From contig CAYUYJ010000013.1 in the NCBI GenBank assembly GCA_964449325.1, positions 9,006 to 73,005 on the forward strand: a stretch of 64,000 nucleotides of DNA, written 5' to 3'. This DNA comes from an uncultured Lachnospiraceae bacterium (GTDB lineage: Bacteria; Bacillota; Clostridia; Lachnospirales; Lachnospiraceae). The notes below the pieces were generated by a model. That model was given only the letters and a program-made list of their open reading frames with translations, was not told where the DNA came from and searched no databases. The position numbers were made by a program, and so were the translations under genes. Every line of letters begins with the position of its first letter. Positions within the stretch are counted from its first letter, which is position 1. Shown here piece after piece: positions 55,356 to 64,000 of the stretch.

Positions 55356-56348
55356 CTATTTAAGCGCTTCATAATCATCCGGAACCGTAATTCCTAATGC
55401 TTCACAATTCTCCGGATTATATTTCTTGGTAACCTTTTCCGCATAACGAACATCAATTTCTCCCGGATTTTTTCCCTCAGCTAAAATCTCATATGCCATC
55501 TCGCCTGCAGTATAACCTATGTCATAATAGCTGATTGACAGAGTTGCAATTCCTGCTTCACATAATCCTTCCTCTCCGGCAATCATCGGAACCTTCTCCG
55601 AAATCAAAATTTTTTTCAGAATATCTGCCTGAGATGCTATCGTATTATCTGTTGGGATATAAAGCACGTCACATTCCGCTGCCGCCTTCTGTACCTTCTT
55701 CTCCAGTTCCTCTTTATCTGTTATGGTATAGGTTTCAAAAGCTATCCCCTTTTCTGTAAGAACAGCACCCATCTTCTGTGCCTGAAAAATAGAGTTTGTC
55801 TCGACAGAACAATAGACGATGCCAACCTTTTCAGCATCCGGAACAAGTTCCTGAATCATATCTGCCTGACTCTCTATCGGTGCCAAATCAGAGGTTCCTG
55901 TTACATTCACACCGGATGCTCCGTTCCATTCTCTCATATTCAAGGCCGTTCCATAATCCGTAATGGAGGTTGCCACAATCGGAATTGTATTCGTAGCCTG
56001 TGCAGCAGCCATTAAAGCAGATGTTGCATTTGCCATAATCAAATCCATATCCGCTGATACGAAACCATTTAAAATATCCTGACAATCCTGTGTGCTGCCT
56101 TGCGCTATCTGAACATCAAATACAACTTTTTCACCCAGTTTCTCAGTCAATGCATCCTGAAAGCCTCTCGTCGCTTCATCTAATGCTGCATGTTCTTCCC
56201 ACTGACAGATTCCGATGTGATACTTTCCGTCATCCTCTTTTGCCTTCTCCTGATTACCGCAAGCAGTCAGGCTGCATACCAATGCAGCAAGTATTGCCAG
56301 GGAAACTTTTCCTCCGGTTTTTTTTCTGTTTTTCATTTTTGTTTTCAC
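55356..56348 (-). CDS. ABC-type periplasmic-binding-fold lipoprotein (orphan SBP, ABC_sub_bind-like)
   Basis: 330-aa ORF with lipobox LTAC and an alternating beta/alpha pattern typical of type I PBPs. There is no adjacent permease or ATPase. Confidence 0.75.
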   Translation of the reverse strand: MKTKMKNRKKTGGKVSLAILAALVCSLTACGNQEKAKEDDGKYHIGICQWEEHAALDEATRGFQDALTEKLGEKVVFDVQIAQGSTQDCQDILNGFVSADMDLIMANATSALMAAAQATNTIPIVATSITDYGTALNMREWNGASGVNVTGTSDLAPIESQADMIQELVPDAEKVGIVYCSVETNSIFQAQKMGAVLTEKGIAFETYTITDKEELEKKVQKAAAECDVLYIPTDNTIASQADILKKILISEKVPMIAGEEGLCEAGIATLSISYYDIGYTAGEMAYEILAEGKNPGEIDVRYAEKVTKKYNPENCEALGITVPDDYEALK

Positions 56349-56369
56349 TCCTCGTATCTTTGTAACATT

Positions 56370-57806
56370 TTATATCTCACGCATCCGATATTCCGTATCC
56401 TCATCGATTATGGTTAACATCACATCGGCAAAGTATGGGTCAAACTGCGTACCTTTTCCCTTTTCAATCTCACCTCGTACCACCTCCTGTGGCAACACAT
56501 CACGATAACTGCGCTTTGAAGTCATAGCATCATATGCATCGGCAACACCGATAATTCTTGCCACCTCCGGAATTTCTTCGCCCTTTAGCTTATCCGGATA
56601 ACCTCTGCCGTCATAGCGCTCATGATGCCACCTTGCCCCGATTCCGATATTCGGAAGTTCTGAAATATTCTTAAGGATATCACTTCCAATCACAGGATGC
56701 GTCTTAATGATTTCGTATTCTTCATCCGTCAGTCTGGAAGTCTTATTGATAATCTCATCCGGTACACCAATCTTGCCAATATCGTGCAGAAGCCCCATAT
56801 AATAGATGTCCTCCTGCTCCTTCTCACTCTTGCCGATTCGCTTTGCAATCTCTTTTGCATATTCTGCCACGCGGGTGGAATGACCATTTGTATATTTATC
56901 CTTGGCATCAATGGTTCCCGCAAGTGTACGCATAATCTGTAAAGACATGCGCTCTACCTTCCGTCTTCTCTCCTCTGCTCTCCATGTCTGCTTTTCAACC
57001 TCCTGCTGCAGATTTTTCTGCAGACGGTCAAGCTGCAAAATACGGCTTACGCGCTGTATCATAATATCCGCAACAAAAGGCTTTGTGATAAAATCAAGTG
57101 CACCTTCCTTAAAGCATCTTATCTCTGTCTCCCTGTCATCATCCGCTGTCAGGAAAATTACGGGAATACTCCGGCAACCGTCGTCAGCCTGAAGCTGCTT
57201 CATAACCTCAAATCCATCCATTCCGGGCATATGCAAATCCAACAGAATCAATTCAGGACGTTTGTCCTTTAAGAAGTCCAAAGCTCTTTCACCCGAATCC
57301 ACGCTGCTTACCTGAAATTTTCCCTCTAACATTTTCTCTGCCATCCGCAGATTCATGCTATTATCATCCACTACAAGAATATGCGGCAAGATTTCCGTCT
57401 GCTCTTGCACTGTCTGCCCTTCCGTCTCCGATTTTCCAAGGATTTTTTGCAAATGATACAACAGTTTTCTGTAATTCTCCATTGTACTGCCGTGATGCTC
57501 TCTGATAAAACCAAGGTCACTTGCCTTTGCCGCCATTTCCAGCGACTTTGCCTTATCAGAAACCTCGACAGCTCCAATAGAAAGAGAGGTGCTCTTCAGC
57601 GCATGCACCAAAATCCGGTAATTCTCCCAATCTTCCTTCTGATAGGCTGCCTCTATACTGTCATATTTCTGATTATCCAAATAGGAAAGCAGCATTTCTT
57701 TATAAAATTCCTCGCTGTCACAGCAGTAAGAAAGCCCTGTGGTAACATCCAATATCGTATCCAGTTTTCCGATAAAATTCTCTTGACTATTACTTGTTGA
57801 TGACAT
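56370..57806 (-). CDS. Hpt-REC-HD-GYP response regulator (putative c-di-GMP phosphodiesterase output)
   Basis: 478-aa ORF with an N-terminal Hpt ([12 protein letters not shown]), REC (LLDLHMPGMDG), and a C-terminal HD-GYP (HDIGKIGV, HHERYDGRGYP). Confidence 0.88.
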   Translation of the reverse strand: MSSTSNSQENFIGKLDTILDVTTGLSYCCDSEEFYKEMLLSYLDNQKYDSIEAAYQKEDWENYRILVHALKSTSLSIGAVEVSDKAKSLEMAAKASDLGFIREHHGSTMENYRKLLYHLQKILGKSETEGQTVQEQTEILPHILVVDDNSMNLRMAEKMLEGKFQVSSVDSGERALDFLKDKRPELILLDLHMPGMDGFEVMKQLQADDGCRSIPVIFLTADDDRETEIRCFKEGALDFITKPFVADIMIQRVSRILQLDRLQKNLQQEVEKQTWRAEERRRKVERMSLQIMRTLAGTIDAKDKYTNGHSTRVAEYAKEIAKRIGKSEKEQEDIYYMGLLHDIGKIGVPDEIINKTSRLTDEEYEIIKTHPVIGSDILKNISELPNIGIGARWHHERYDGRGYPDKLKGEEIPEVARIIGVADAYDAMTSKRSYRDVLPQEVVRGEIEKGKGTQFDPYFADVMLTIIDEDTEYRMREI

Positions 57807-57815
57807 AACCTACTC

Positions 57816-58181
57816 CTATTCCAAGAGTGTATCCACACTCTCATACAACTTTTGCGGCAAGATTGGTTTTTGGATAAATCCCTGTACTGCGTATTCTCCG
57901 TTTGCCACCGCCTGTTCCATGTCCTCGGATGAAGATAAAAACGCTATCGGAAGCTCTGCCCATTCACTTCTTGCACGGATTGCATCCAGCGTTTCCATTC
58001 CATTCATTACCGGCATTTCCACATCCAAAAGAACCAAATCTACTGCTTCCTCCTGCAAAAGAGCAAGGGCTGCCTGCCCCGAATCCGCTTTTTTCACATC
58101 ATAGCCCTGCTTCTTAAGAAGCATTTCTGCCATTCGTAAATTCATGGCATCATCATCGACAACTAAAATTGTTTTTCCCAT
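57816..58181 (-). CDS. single-domain response regulator (CheY-like REC)
   Basis: 121-aa ORF with ILVVDDD..., LLDVEMPVMNG and a conserved K-region. It is the first gene of the signalling operon. Confidence 0.9.
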   Translation of the reverse strand: MGKTILVVDDDAMNLRMAEMLLKKQGYDVKKADSGQAALALLQEEAVDLVLLDVEMPVMNGMETLDAIRARSEWAELPIAFLSSSEDMEQAVANGEYAVQGFIQKPILPQKLYESVDTLLE

Positions 58182-58383
58182 TTATCATTCTCTCCTGTCT
58201 TTTATGACTTAAGTTAACTCTCTTTTCCGTAATAATTCGTTAAAAATCGACAACTTTATTATACATATTAAAGAAGAATAAGTAAACTATCCAAATGGGT
58301 ATATTTTCCTATTTGGAGGTTCTTTTTTCCATATCACTGATTTTTTCCGTTATTAAATCCAATACGTGTAATATCTTCACATC

Positions 58384-58418
58384 AAAAAAGCTCTCCTCCG
58401 CAGTTGGAGTAAAGAGCT
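58384..58418 (-). terminator. intrinsic terminator upstream of the signalling operon
   Basis: The minus strand has an imperfect hairpin (GCTCTTTACTCC-AACTGC-GGAGGAGAGC) followed by TTTTTTG, downstream of the 58472-58888 gene. Confidence 0.6.
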
Positions 58419-58471
58419 GTATTCGTTACACTGACCTTCCTATTCGGCACCATTTATTAAAATTTGTTATA

Positions 58472-58888
58472 CTATATTTTTTTATCAAATAATGATTTAT
58501 TCTCCTTGTTTGTCATACTCATAAAAGTATCTTTATCGTTATGAGGAAACAGTAATTCCATATACAAATTTCCCAACAAACTCTTTACCTGCTCAGCATC
58601 AATATCCGTAACGGGGAAATCATGAATTTCCATGCGCTTTAAATTCTCCAAAACCGTATCTATATTCTGCTGCTCAGAAGCTTCCGGTTTCACTTCCTCA
58701 CTTAATGGTTCTGAGGCGGCCGGTTCCATAATCGGCTTCGTTTCAGGAATATTGTATACTACATTCTTGCATGTTTTTTCAAAGCATTCCGGAGCATACT
58801 CTGCCAGATAGCGCAAATCATCCATCGTTAAGGTTTGTTTATTATGTATTTTAAGATAAATATTAACAAGATGAGTATCTTTTCCCAT
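58472..58888 (-). CDS. hypothetical protein
   Basis: 138-aa ORF from MGKDTHLVNIY (TAGGAG SD). No recognisable motif. Confidence 0.55.
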   Translation of the reverse strand: MGKDTHLVNIYLKIHNKQTLTMDDLRYLAEYAPECFEKTCKNVVYNIPETKPIMEPAASEPLSEEVKPEASEQQNIDTVLENLKRMEIHDFPVTDIDAEQVKSLLGNLYMELLFPHNDKDTFMSMTNKENKSLFDKKI

Positions 58889-58963
58889 AATTGCTCCTAT
58901 CGTGAATCTCAAAATTATTATTCTTCCTATAATTATTATCGGATCATTCCAACAATATCATAA

Positions 58964-60352
58964 TCAATGACTTTTTGCACATATTCCCGCATAGCCGAAT
59001 CCGCATATAACTGCCCCGCATATTGCAGCAACCAGACATGGCGAGTTCCACACCAGTAACGTCCGGTAATTATAATGTATAATATAAGGAAACGCCGCAA
59101 CAATAACAGACAATGTGGAAAAAACAATTGCCTTGGTAACCCCATGCTTTATGCTTCTGTTTCTTCTTTCCCAAATGCATATTCCAACAAACAGTTCCAT
59201 CAGGCATATTATCACACTTATGAAATCTGCCAATGCAATTCCGTCCACAAAAAATCCGATTTTTACTGTTTCCCCGCAAAGCATACGAAATATCCCATCT
59301 GCGGTGGCTGTAGCTGCTGCACTGCTGATATTGGACAATGCAAAAACTGCTTTCGTTCCATCCCGACAGACAATCACTTGAGAAGAAAAATTCGGATTAT
59401 TACCACTATGACTAAAATAACTGTCATATAGATTCCAACCTGCCCAATAGTTCTGTCCTTTCTCTATCGGATAAGAATGAGATTCCCTGATGGCAGCATA
59501 CACCTTTTCCAAGGATTCCGTCATATCCTTTTCCAATATGCCCATCTGCGCTTTCATCCATATCATCAAATCTTCAGTAGTCGATACCAGATACCCGGCT
59601 GCCGTATTGCCGTAAAAAGCCGGTGCATCGTATTCCTGTACCCTCATCAGCAGGTAACGATAGCCCTGTGCCAATTGTTCTGTTTTTGCATCGTCAACTC
59701 TGAAATAACTGTCCTTCATGCCTAATGGTTCCAGCACATTCTGCTCTATGTATTCTTCATATGTTATCCCCGTTACTTCTTCCAAAACAAGAGCTAAAAC
59801 ATCATAATTAATGGTTGCATAGCTATGTACTGTCCCCGGTGGATTATCCAGTTCCACTGATTGAATCTTTCTGACTGTCTGCTCTAACAGACCGGTATCG
59901 CTACTCGTACCGGTGGGCAACGTGGAAACCGTCCATACCGGAATACCACTTGTATGACACAATAAATGTTCGATTGTCACATCCGCCTTTTCACCATCAT
60001 AAACAGGCTCAAACCACGGCAGATATTCCCTGACTGAATCCTTTCTGTCAAGCAGTCCATCCTGCTCTAACAGCAGAATCCCCAGCGCAGTAAACGCTTT
60101 GGTCGTAGACCCCAATTCATATTGTGTATTCCCGGCTGCTTTCACTTTTGCGCTTTTATCTGCATATCCGACATTGATATAGCGTTCCCGATTATCCTTC
60201 CAAACGACTATAGACATCCCCGGTACATTGGCTATTTCGCACATTTTCTCAACGTATTCGTCTGCCTGTTCTATCGCATATTCCTTTGTGTCATAATGTG
60301 CTAATACATAACTTGCCAGACATAAAATTATGATTACGCCAACTGTTCCCAC
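58964..60352 (-). CDS. beta-lactamase-related serine hydrolase with C-terminal membrane region
   Basis: 462-aa ORF with an N-terminal TM, an SxxK motif (GSTTKAF), a YxN-like region, and three or four C-terminal TM helices. Confidence 0.8.
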   Translation of the reverse strand: MGTVGVIIILCLASYVLAHYDTKEYAIEQADEYVEKMCEIANVPGMSIVVWKDNRERYINVGYADKSAKVKAAGNTQYELGSTTKAFTALGILLLEQDGLLDRKDSVREYLPWFEPVYDGEKADVTIEHLLCHTSGIPVWTVSTLPTGTSSDTGLLEQTVRKIQSVELDNPPGTVHSYATINYDVLALVLEEVTGITYEEYIEQNVLEPLGMKDSYFRVDDAKTEQLAQGYRYLLMRVQEYDAPAFYGNTAAGYLVSTTEDLMIWMKAQMGILEKDMTESLEKVYAAIRESHSYPIEKGQNYWAGWNLYDSYFSHSGNNPNFSSQVIVCRDGTKAVFALSNISSAAATATADGIFRMLCGETVKIGFFVDGIALADFISVIICLMELFVGICIWERRNRSIKHGVTKAIVFSTLSVIVAAFPYIIHYNYRTLLVWNSPCLVAAICGAVICGFGYAGICAKSH

Positions 60353-60412
60353 TATTCAACATATAGCACCTACCATCACTCGTTAAATAGTGGATACTCA
60401 CAGTAATATATA

Positions 60413-60874
60413 TTATCTGTTACCATAGGAATGAGGGTGATATACTTCAATATCGTTGTAATACTTTTCATGAATCACCATAGTGTCCCTATACATTTCT
60501 TTTTCCGCCGGATTATAGTTCCAGATTACATAAGGTTTTATAATATATAACTCATTCTTTTCTCTTTCAAAAATTTCTTTATATTGCGGAAATCTTTTAT
60601 CATAAATCGCTCTTCCTGCCCGGTATTCATCCGTACCATACTCAACAATGCCTGCTTCTCCATGGATTTGAAGCGTGCCGACAGTAACCGCAACTACTTT
60701 GTTATTAGAAATATTTTTGCATTTTAATGTATCTGAGTAACTGCCAAAATACAGATTACAGTTATCATCATAGGAAAAACACACGACCGAATTGTCCGGA
60801 TAATTCTTTCCATATGTAGCCAAACTCATTAATGTCTGCTTACTTAATAGTTGTAACACTGTATTTTTTTCCAT
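60413..60874 (-). CDS. pyridoxamine 5'-phosphate oxidase-like (split-barrel FMN-binding) family protein
   Basis: 153-aa ORF. The pattern MSLATYGKN...VCFSYD...LYFGSY resembles the PNPOx-like fold. The assignment rests on general similarity only. Confidence 0.55.
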   Translation of the reverse strand: MEKNTVLQLLSKQTLMSLATYGKNYPDNSVVCFSYDDNCNLYFGSYSDTLKCKNISNNKVVAVTVGTLQIHGEAGIVEYGTDEYRAGRAIYDKRFPQYKEIFEREKNELYIIKPYVIWNYNPAEKEMYRDTMVIHEKYYNDIEVYHPHSYGNR

Positions 60875-61010
60875 ATTGACCTCTGCTCTCTTTGATATAG
60901 TAAAAATTTTCCTTTCCCATTATATAGTACCCTAATCTTTTCTACAACAACATTTTTTCATCTGCCTTCAATACCCCCGCTATCAGAAAATGCTTCCTAT
61001 TTTAGACACG

Positions 61011-62924
61011 CTACACCTGAATCTCCAACTTGTCTTGCTCGTTACCTTTAGAACTATATCTAATAAGTTTTCCGCTTTCCTTTTCATACCATCCATAGCC
61101 TGTCCATATAAAACTATATTTCGATATGACGGTGCTAATTTTGATACATTCATAAGAAATCCCTGACACCTCAATGATTTCAATTCCTTCTTTGCGAGAG
61201 GTAAATTCTGTCATTTCCAGCGCTCCTCGATTTTCACCTGTTCCAATGGAGAAGTAGTTAATTTCCTCTTCCTGTGCTTTGGCAAACGAGCAAAGATTGA
61301 ATTCTCCCATCTGCATCCACAGTTTCCCACTCATATCAAAGCGTTTATCAACGGTCTTTCCATTAAATTGGCCTGACAACGATACATTACCATTTTCCCA
61401 GACTCCATAAAGTTGATTGCCTCCGGACTCGTTATTATAAGCCCACTCCTTTGTCAACAAGTTTTGTTCACAAACAAAATGTTCTTTTATTGCAATGCCA
61501 TTATCATAAATGCATTCTATTTCAGCAGTGCATTCGTTTTCCTGTTTCTGCATAATTAGCCTTCTGCGACCAAGTTTGCTTTCTTTTTTATGAAGTTCAT
61601 CCTTGTAAAGAAGATTTAAAGATTTTTCAAAATTAAAATTTGGTAATACAACGCTTTTTTGAGTATTCTTTGAAAAAACCATTTTACCTTTTTTCCAAAC
61701 AACTTCAATATCCTGAATGTTTTGAATATCTACGAGCGGATTACTATTCAATAAAATCAAATCAGCATCTTTTCCTATCTCAACTGTGCCGGTTTCATCA
61801 AGAATCCCCAAATATTCAGCACCGTTGCGGGTAGCTGTCACAATTGCCTGCATCGGCGTAAGTCCTGCCTGCACATAATAAGCAAGTTCCTTGTGAACCA
61901 CATCTCCTGACAAAACTTCTAACATATTATCTGTCCCAAGTGCAATTTTGATTCCTGCATCAAAGATGAATTTCAAGTTGTGCATGCTGTGGCAAAATAA
62001 CGTTTTATCATGCTCATAAGTCAATGCATTGATGGTGGGAATATAATACGCCCCCTGCTCTTTCCAAAGAGAAAGAATAGCATCTGTTGCATCAATATCA
62101 ACATCTGTAATCCCATGGTCAATTCCATAGATACCGGCCTGAAGCAATTCCATAACATCAGCCTTGTTTCTAACATGCGCTGACACCAATAAATTACACT
62201 TACTTCCTTCATCAATAATCACTTTCACAAGACCAATTTCCAATTTTTTAATATAAAGCTCTGTATCAAAATAGAAATACTGACCACCTTGATAGACAAT
62301 TTTAATAAAATCCACCTTGTTTTCCGCCAGTTCTCTTACAATCTGTCGCGCCTCCTCCTCCGTGGAAATCTCAGCCGCCAGTTCTTTGCGTATCCATTGA
62401 TTATCCCCGCCAAGTGTGATTGCCGGATGTCCATCTCTCGCAGTAATATTAGGTCCTACCACAAGCAGCCTTGGTCCAATAATTTCTCCACTGTTAATTT
62501 TATCTTTCAACTGATAAATGAAGTGACGTGGAGAGCCCAACTCCTTAATGGTTGTAATTCCATAAGGAAAAATATTTTCCCGAAAAATCATCGGCACTTT
62601 ATTATTTAGAAATTCGTTGCTTTCAGCTTCACTCTTATTTGTCGTCCCTTGCATATGGGTGTGCGAGTCAATCAAACCGGGCATGAGTGTCTTACCCTTT
62701 GCATCTATTACTTTTACGTTATGTACACAAATGTCTTTTTCAGAAATTTGTGTAATTTTCCCATGTTCAATTAGAACATTCTGATTCATGAATTCGTTCC
62801 CATTGCCATCTATAACATGGACATCCTTTATTAACACACAATCATCTTCAACAGATAATCTTTTTTTAGAAAAAAACAGAATTCCTACCAATATGACAAG
62901 TATTGCCAATATAATATAACTCAT
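61011..62924 (-). CDS. membrane-anchored amidohydrolase-family protein with extra C-terminal domain
   Basis: 637-aa ORF with an N-terminal TM, then metal-dependent hydrolase strings (LMPGLIDSHTHM, ...SAHV..., GTDN..., GKDADLILL). A further ~210 aa follows with no motif I recognise. Confidence 0.8.
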   Translation of the reverse strand: MSYIILAILVILVGILFFSKKRLSVEDDCVLIKDVHVIDGNGNEFMNQNVLIEHGKITQISEKDICVHNVKVIDAKGKTLMPGLIDSHTHMQGTTNKSEAESNEFLNNKVPMIFRENIFPYGITTIKELGSPRHFIYQLKDKINSGEIIGPRLLVVGPNITARDGHPAITLGGDNQWIRKELAAEISTEEEARQIVRELAENKVDFIKIVYQGGQYFYFDTELYIKKLEIGLVKVIIDEGSKCNLLVSAHVRNKADVMELLQAGIYGIDHGITDVDIDATDAILSLWKEQGAYYIPTINALTYEHDKTLFCHSMHNLKFIFDAGIKIALGTDNMLEVLSGDVVHKELAYYVQAGLTPMQAIVTATRNGAEYLGILDETGTVEIGKDADLILLNSNPLVDIQNIQDIEVVWKKGKMVFSKNTQKSVVLPNFNFEKSLNLLYKDELHKKESKLGRRRLIMQKQENECTAEIECIYDNGIAIKEHFVCEQNLLTKEWAYNNESGGNQLYGVWENGNVSLSGQFNGKTVDKRFDMSGKLWMQMGEFNLCSFAKAQEEEINYFSIGTGENRGALEMTEFTSRKEGIEIIEVSGISYECIKISTVISKYSFIWTGYGWYEKESGKLIRYSSKGNEQDKLEIQV

Positions 62925-63151
62925 TTTGTGTCCTCCTGTTCGTTTAATCTTCCGGTTTCAAAAACAGTACCGGCAATCTGCGAAAATAAATTTTTGGGCG
63001 GTATCGCAATACCTCGTTCTACATCACCGAGAACAATCAAAGTATCTCCCGGGTGGATATCAAAAATCTCCCTTGCCTCTTTCGGAATCACAAATTGCCC
63101 TTTTTCCCCCACCTTAACTGTCCATGCATATTTATCAGTTGCTTTTTTCAA
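62921..63151 (-). CDS. AbrB/MazE/SpoVT-family DNA-binding protein
   Basis: 76-aa ORF with a SpoVT-AbrB swapped-hairpin signature (KVGEKGQFVIPKEAREIFDIHPGDTLIV). It overlaps the amidohydrolase start by 4 nt. Confidence 0.8.
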   Translation of the reverse strand: MKKATDKYAWTVKVGEKGQFVIPKEAREIFDIHPGDTLIVLGDVERGIAIPPKNLFSQIAGTVFETGRLNEQEDTK

Positions 63152-63397
63152 TATAAAACCTCCATTCTGTTAAGTATGAAAAGTATGAATTTTATGATTA
63201 TATTACCATTACATACCTTTTGTGTCAATAGAAACCTTCTGTCTCACCAAGAAAATAACCAATGTCCAATGCCAAGTGTATTTTTTCTTGACAGATTTAG
63301 TCTTATATGATACTTTTCAAGTGGGGTTTTTATTCAAAAAGTCACTTGAGCTTTTGAATATTACATATTTATATCAAAACTTAACTGTAGGAGTAAT

Positions 63398-64000
63398 ATG
63401 TCACAATTTAAAAAAGAAGATAAAGAACAAATACAAAAAAATATTCTACTCACCGGAGAACATTTTTTTAGTGAACTCGGTCTAAAAAAAACAACGGCGG
63501 AACAGATTTCAAATCAGGTAGGCATTGCAAAGGGAACTTTTTACCATTTTTATCCCAACAAAGAAAGCCTTTTTTTAGAAATTTATATCCAAAAGCAACA
63601 TGATTTATTTGCAAAAGCACTAAAATGTTTATATACAACCCCATCTTTACCACCCCGTGAAAAATGTTATCAAATCATGCTTATCATCATCAATGGTTTC
63701 TGTAACGATCCAATTTTAAGCATGACCGATACTGCAATGTGGAAAAAAATTAAATCAAAAGTTTCAAAAAAGCTTTCATCTGCAAATGATATTGCTGACA
63801 CAGCTTTTTTTAATGAACTTATCAAAAATGGAATTACTTTTCGGTATCCCTTAGACCTCATTCTGGAAATTATACAATTAACATGTATGAATGCTGTTTT
63901 ATTGAAACAAAAAAACGCAAATGCGCAAAAAATTGAAATTCTGCTGCGAGGAACAATTATGTATTTAGTGGAGGAAGAAAATGAAAAAGAAGATTCAGAA
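63398..64000 (+). CDS. TetR/AcrR-family transcriptional regulator (3' end beyond window)
   Basis: Hand-translated from the ATG at 63398 (GTAGGAG SD): MSQFKKEDKEQIQKNILLTGEHFFSELGLKKTTAEQISNQVGIAKGTFYHFYPNKESLF..., a TetR HTH. The frame stays open to the window edge. It is absent from the ORF track, presumably because no stop is reached. Confidence 0.8.
   Translation, partial: MSQFKKEDKEQIQKNILLTGEHFFSELGLKKTTAEQISNQVGIAKGTFYHFYPNKESLFLEIYIQKQHDLFAKALKCLYTTPSLPPREKCYQIMLIIINGFCNDPILSMTDTAMWKKIKSKVSKKLSSANDIADTAFFNELIKNGITFRYPLDLILEIIQLTCMNAVLLKQKNANAQKIEILLRGTIMYLVEEENEKEDSE

Overview
This window looks like a chromosomal segment from a low-GC Gram-positive anaerobe. Gene content suggests Clostridia or Lachnospiraceae, but the taxon is inference. 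Nearly all genes are on the minus strand.

Layout:
- 1-13.2 kb: housekeeping block fmt-def-priA-murE and recJ-secDF, followed by a complete SCIFF ranthipeptide pair (radical-SAM maturase plus a 47-aa six-Cys precursor that is missing from the ORF track) and a CNNM/CBS protein.
- 13.3-23.1 kb: a six-gene operon with two sugar-type ABC permeases, two paralogous giant lipoprotein solute-binding proteins, and an embedded HlyD-adaptor/MacB-periplasmic-domain pair. No ATPase is present.
- 23.2-24.7 kb: an HD-GYP protein and a cell-wall amidase.
- 24.7-38.5 kb: a 13.7-kb accessory island bracketed by 154/155-bp direct repeats that duplicate the 3' end of the aspartate racemase gene.
- 38.5-44.2 kb: racemase, a TetR-MFS pair with two matching palindromic operators, a MATE pump, and an internally deleted AAA-ATPase-like/PD-(D/E)XK pseudogene.
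- 44.3-58.2 kb: a seven-gene signalling operon (REC; Hpt-REC-HD-GYP; orphan SBP; three hybrid histidine kinases, one fused to a DegV domain; an MCP).
- 58.4-64 kb: hydrolases, an AbrB-like regulator and a partial TetR gene.

The island carries an IS66 copy with an intact 8-bp target duplication, a secreted 699-aa protein, a DUF262-AlbA_2 fusion, a HipA-like kinase split over two overlapping ORFs, a Fic/Doc-like protein with Gln in place of the catalytic His, a hexapeptide beta-helix protein, a homopolymer-frameshifted hydrolase, and an ~880-nt ORF-poor region with three ~55-nt repeats and long perfect hairpins. It has no integrase.

No rRNA, tRNA or CRISPR array was recognised. The best candidates for undescribed biology are the island interior (the repeat/hairpin RNA-like region and its flanking defence/toxin-like genes) and the DegV-kinase phosphorelay.
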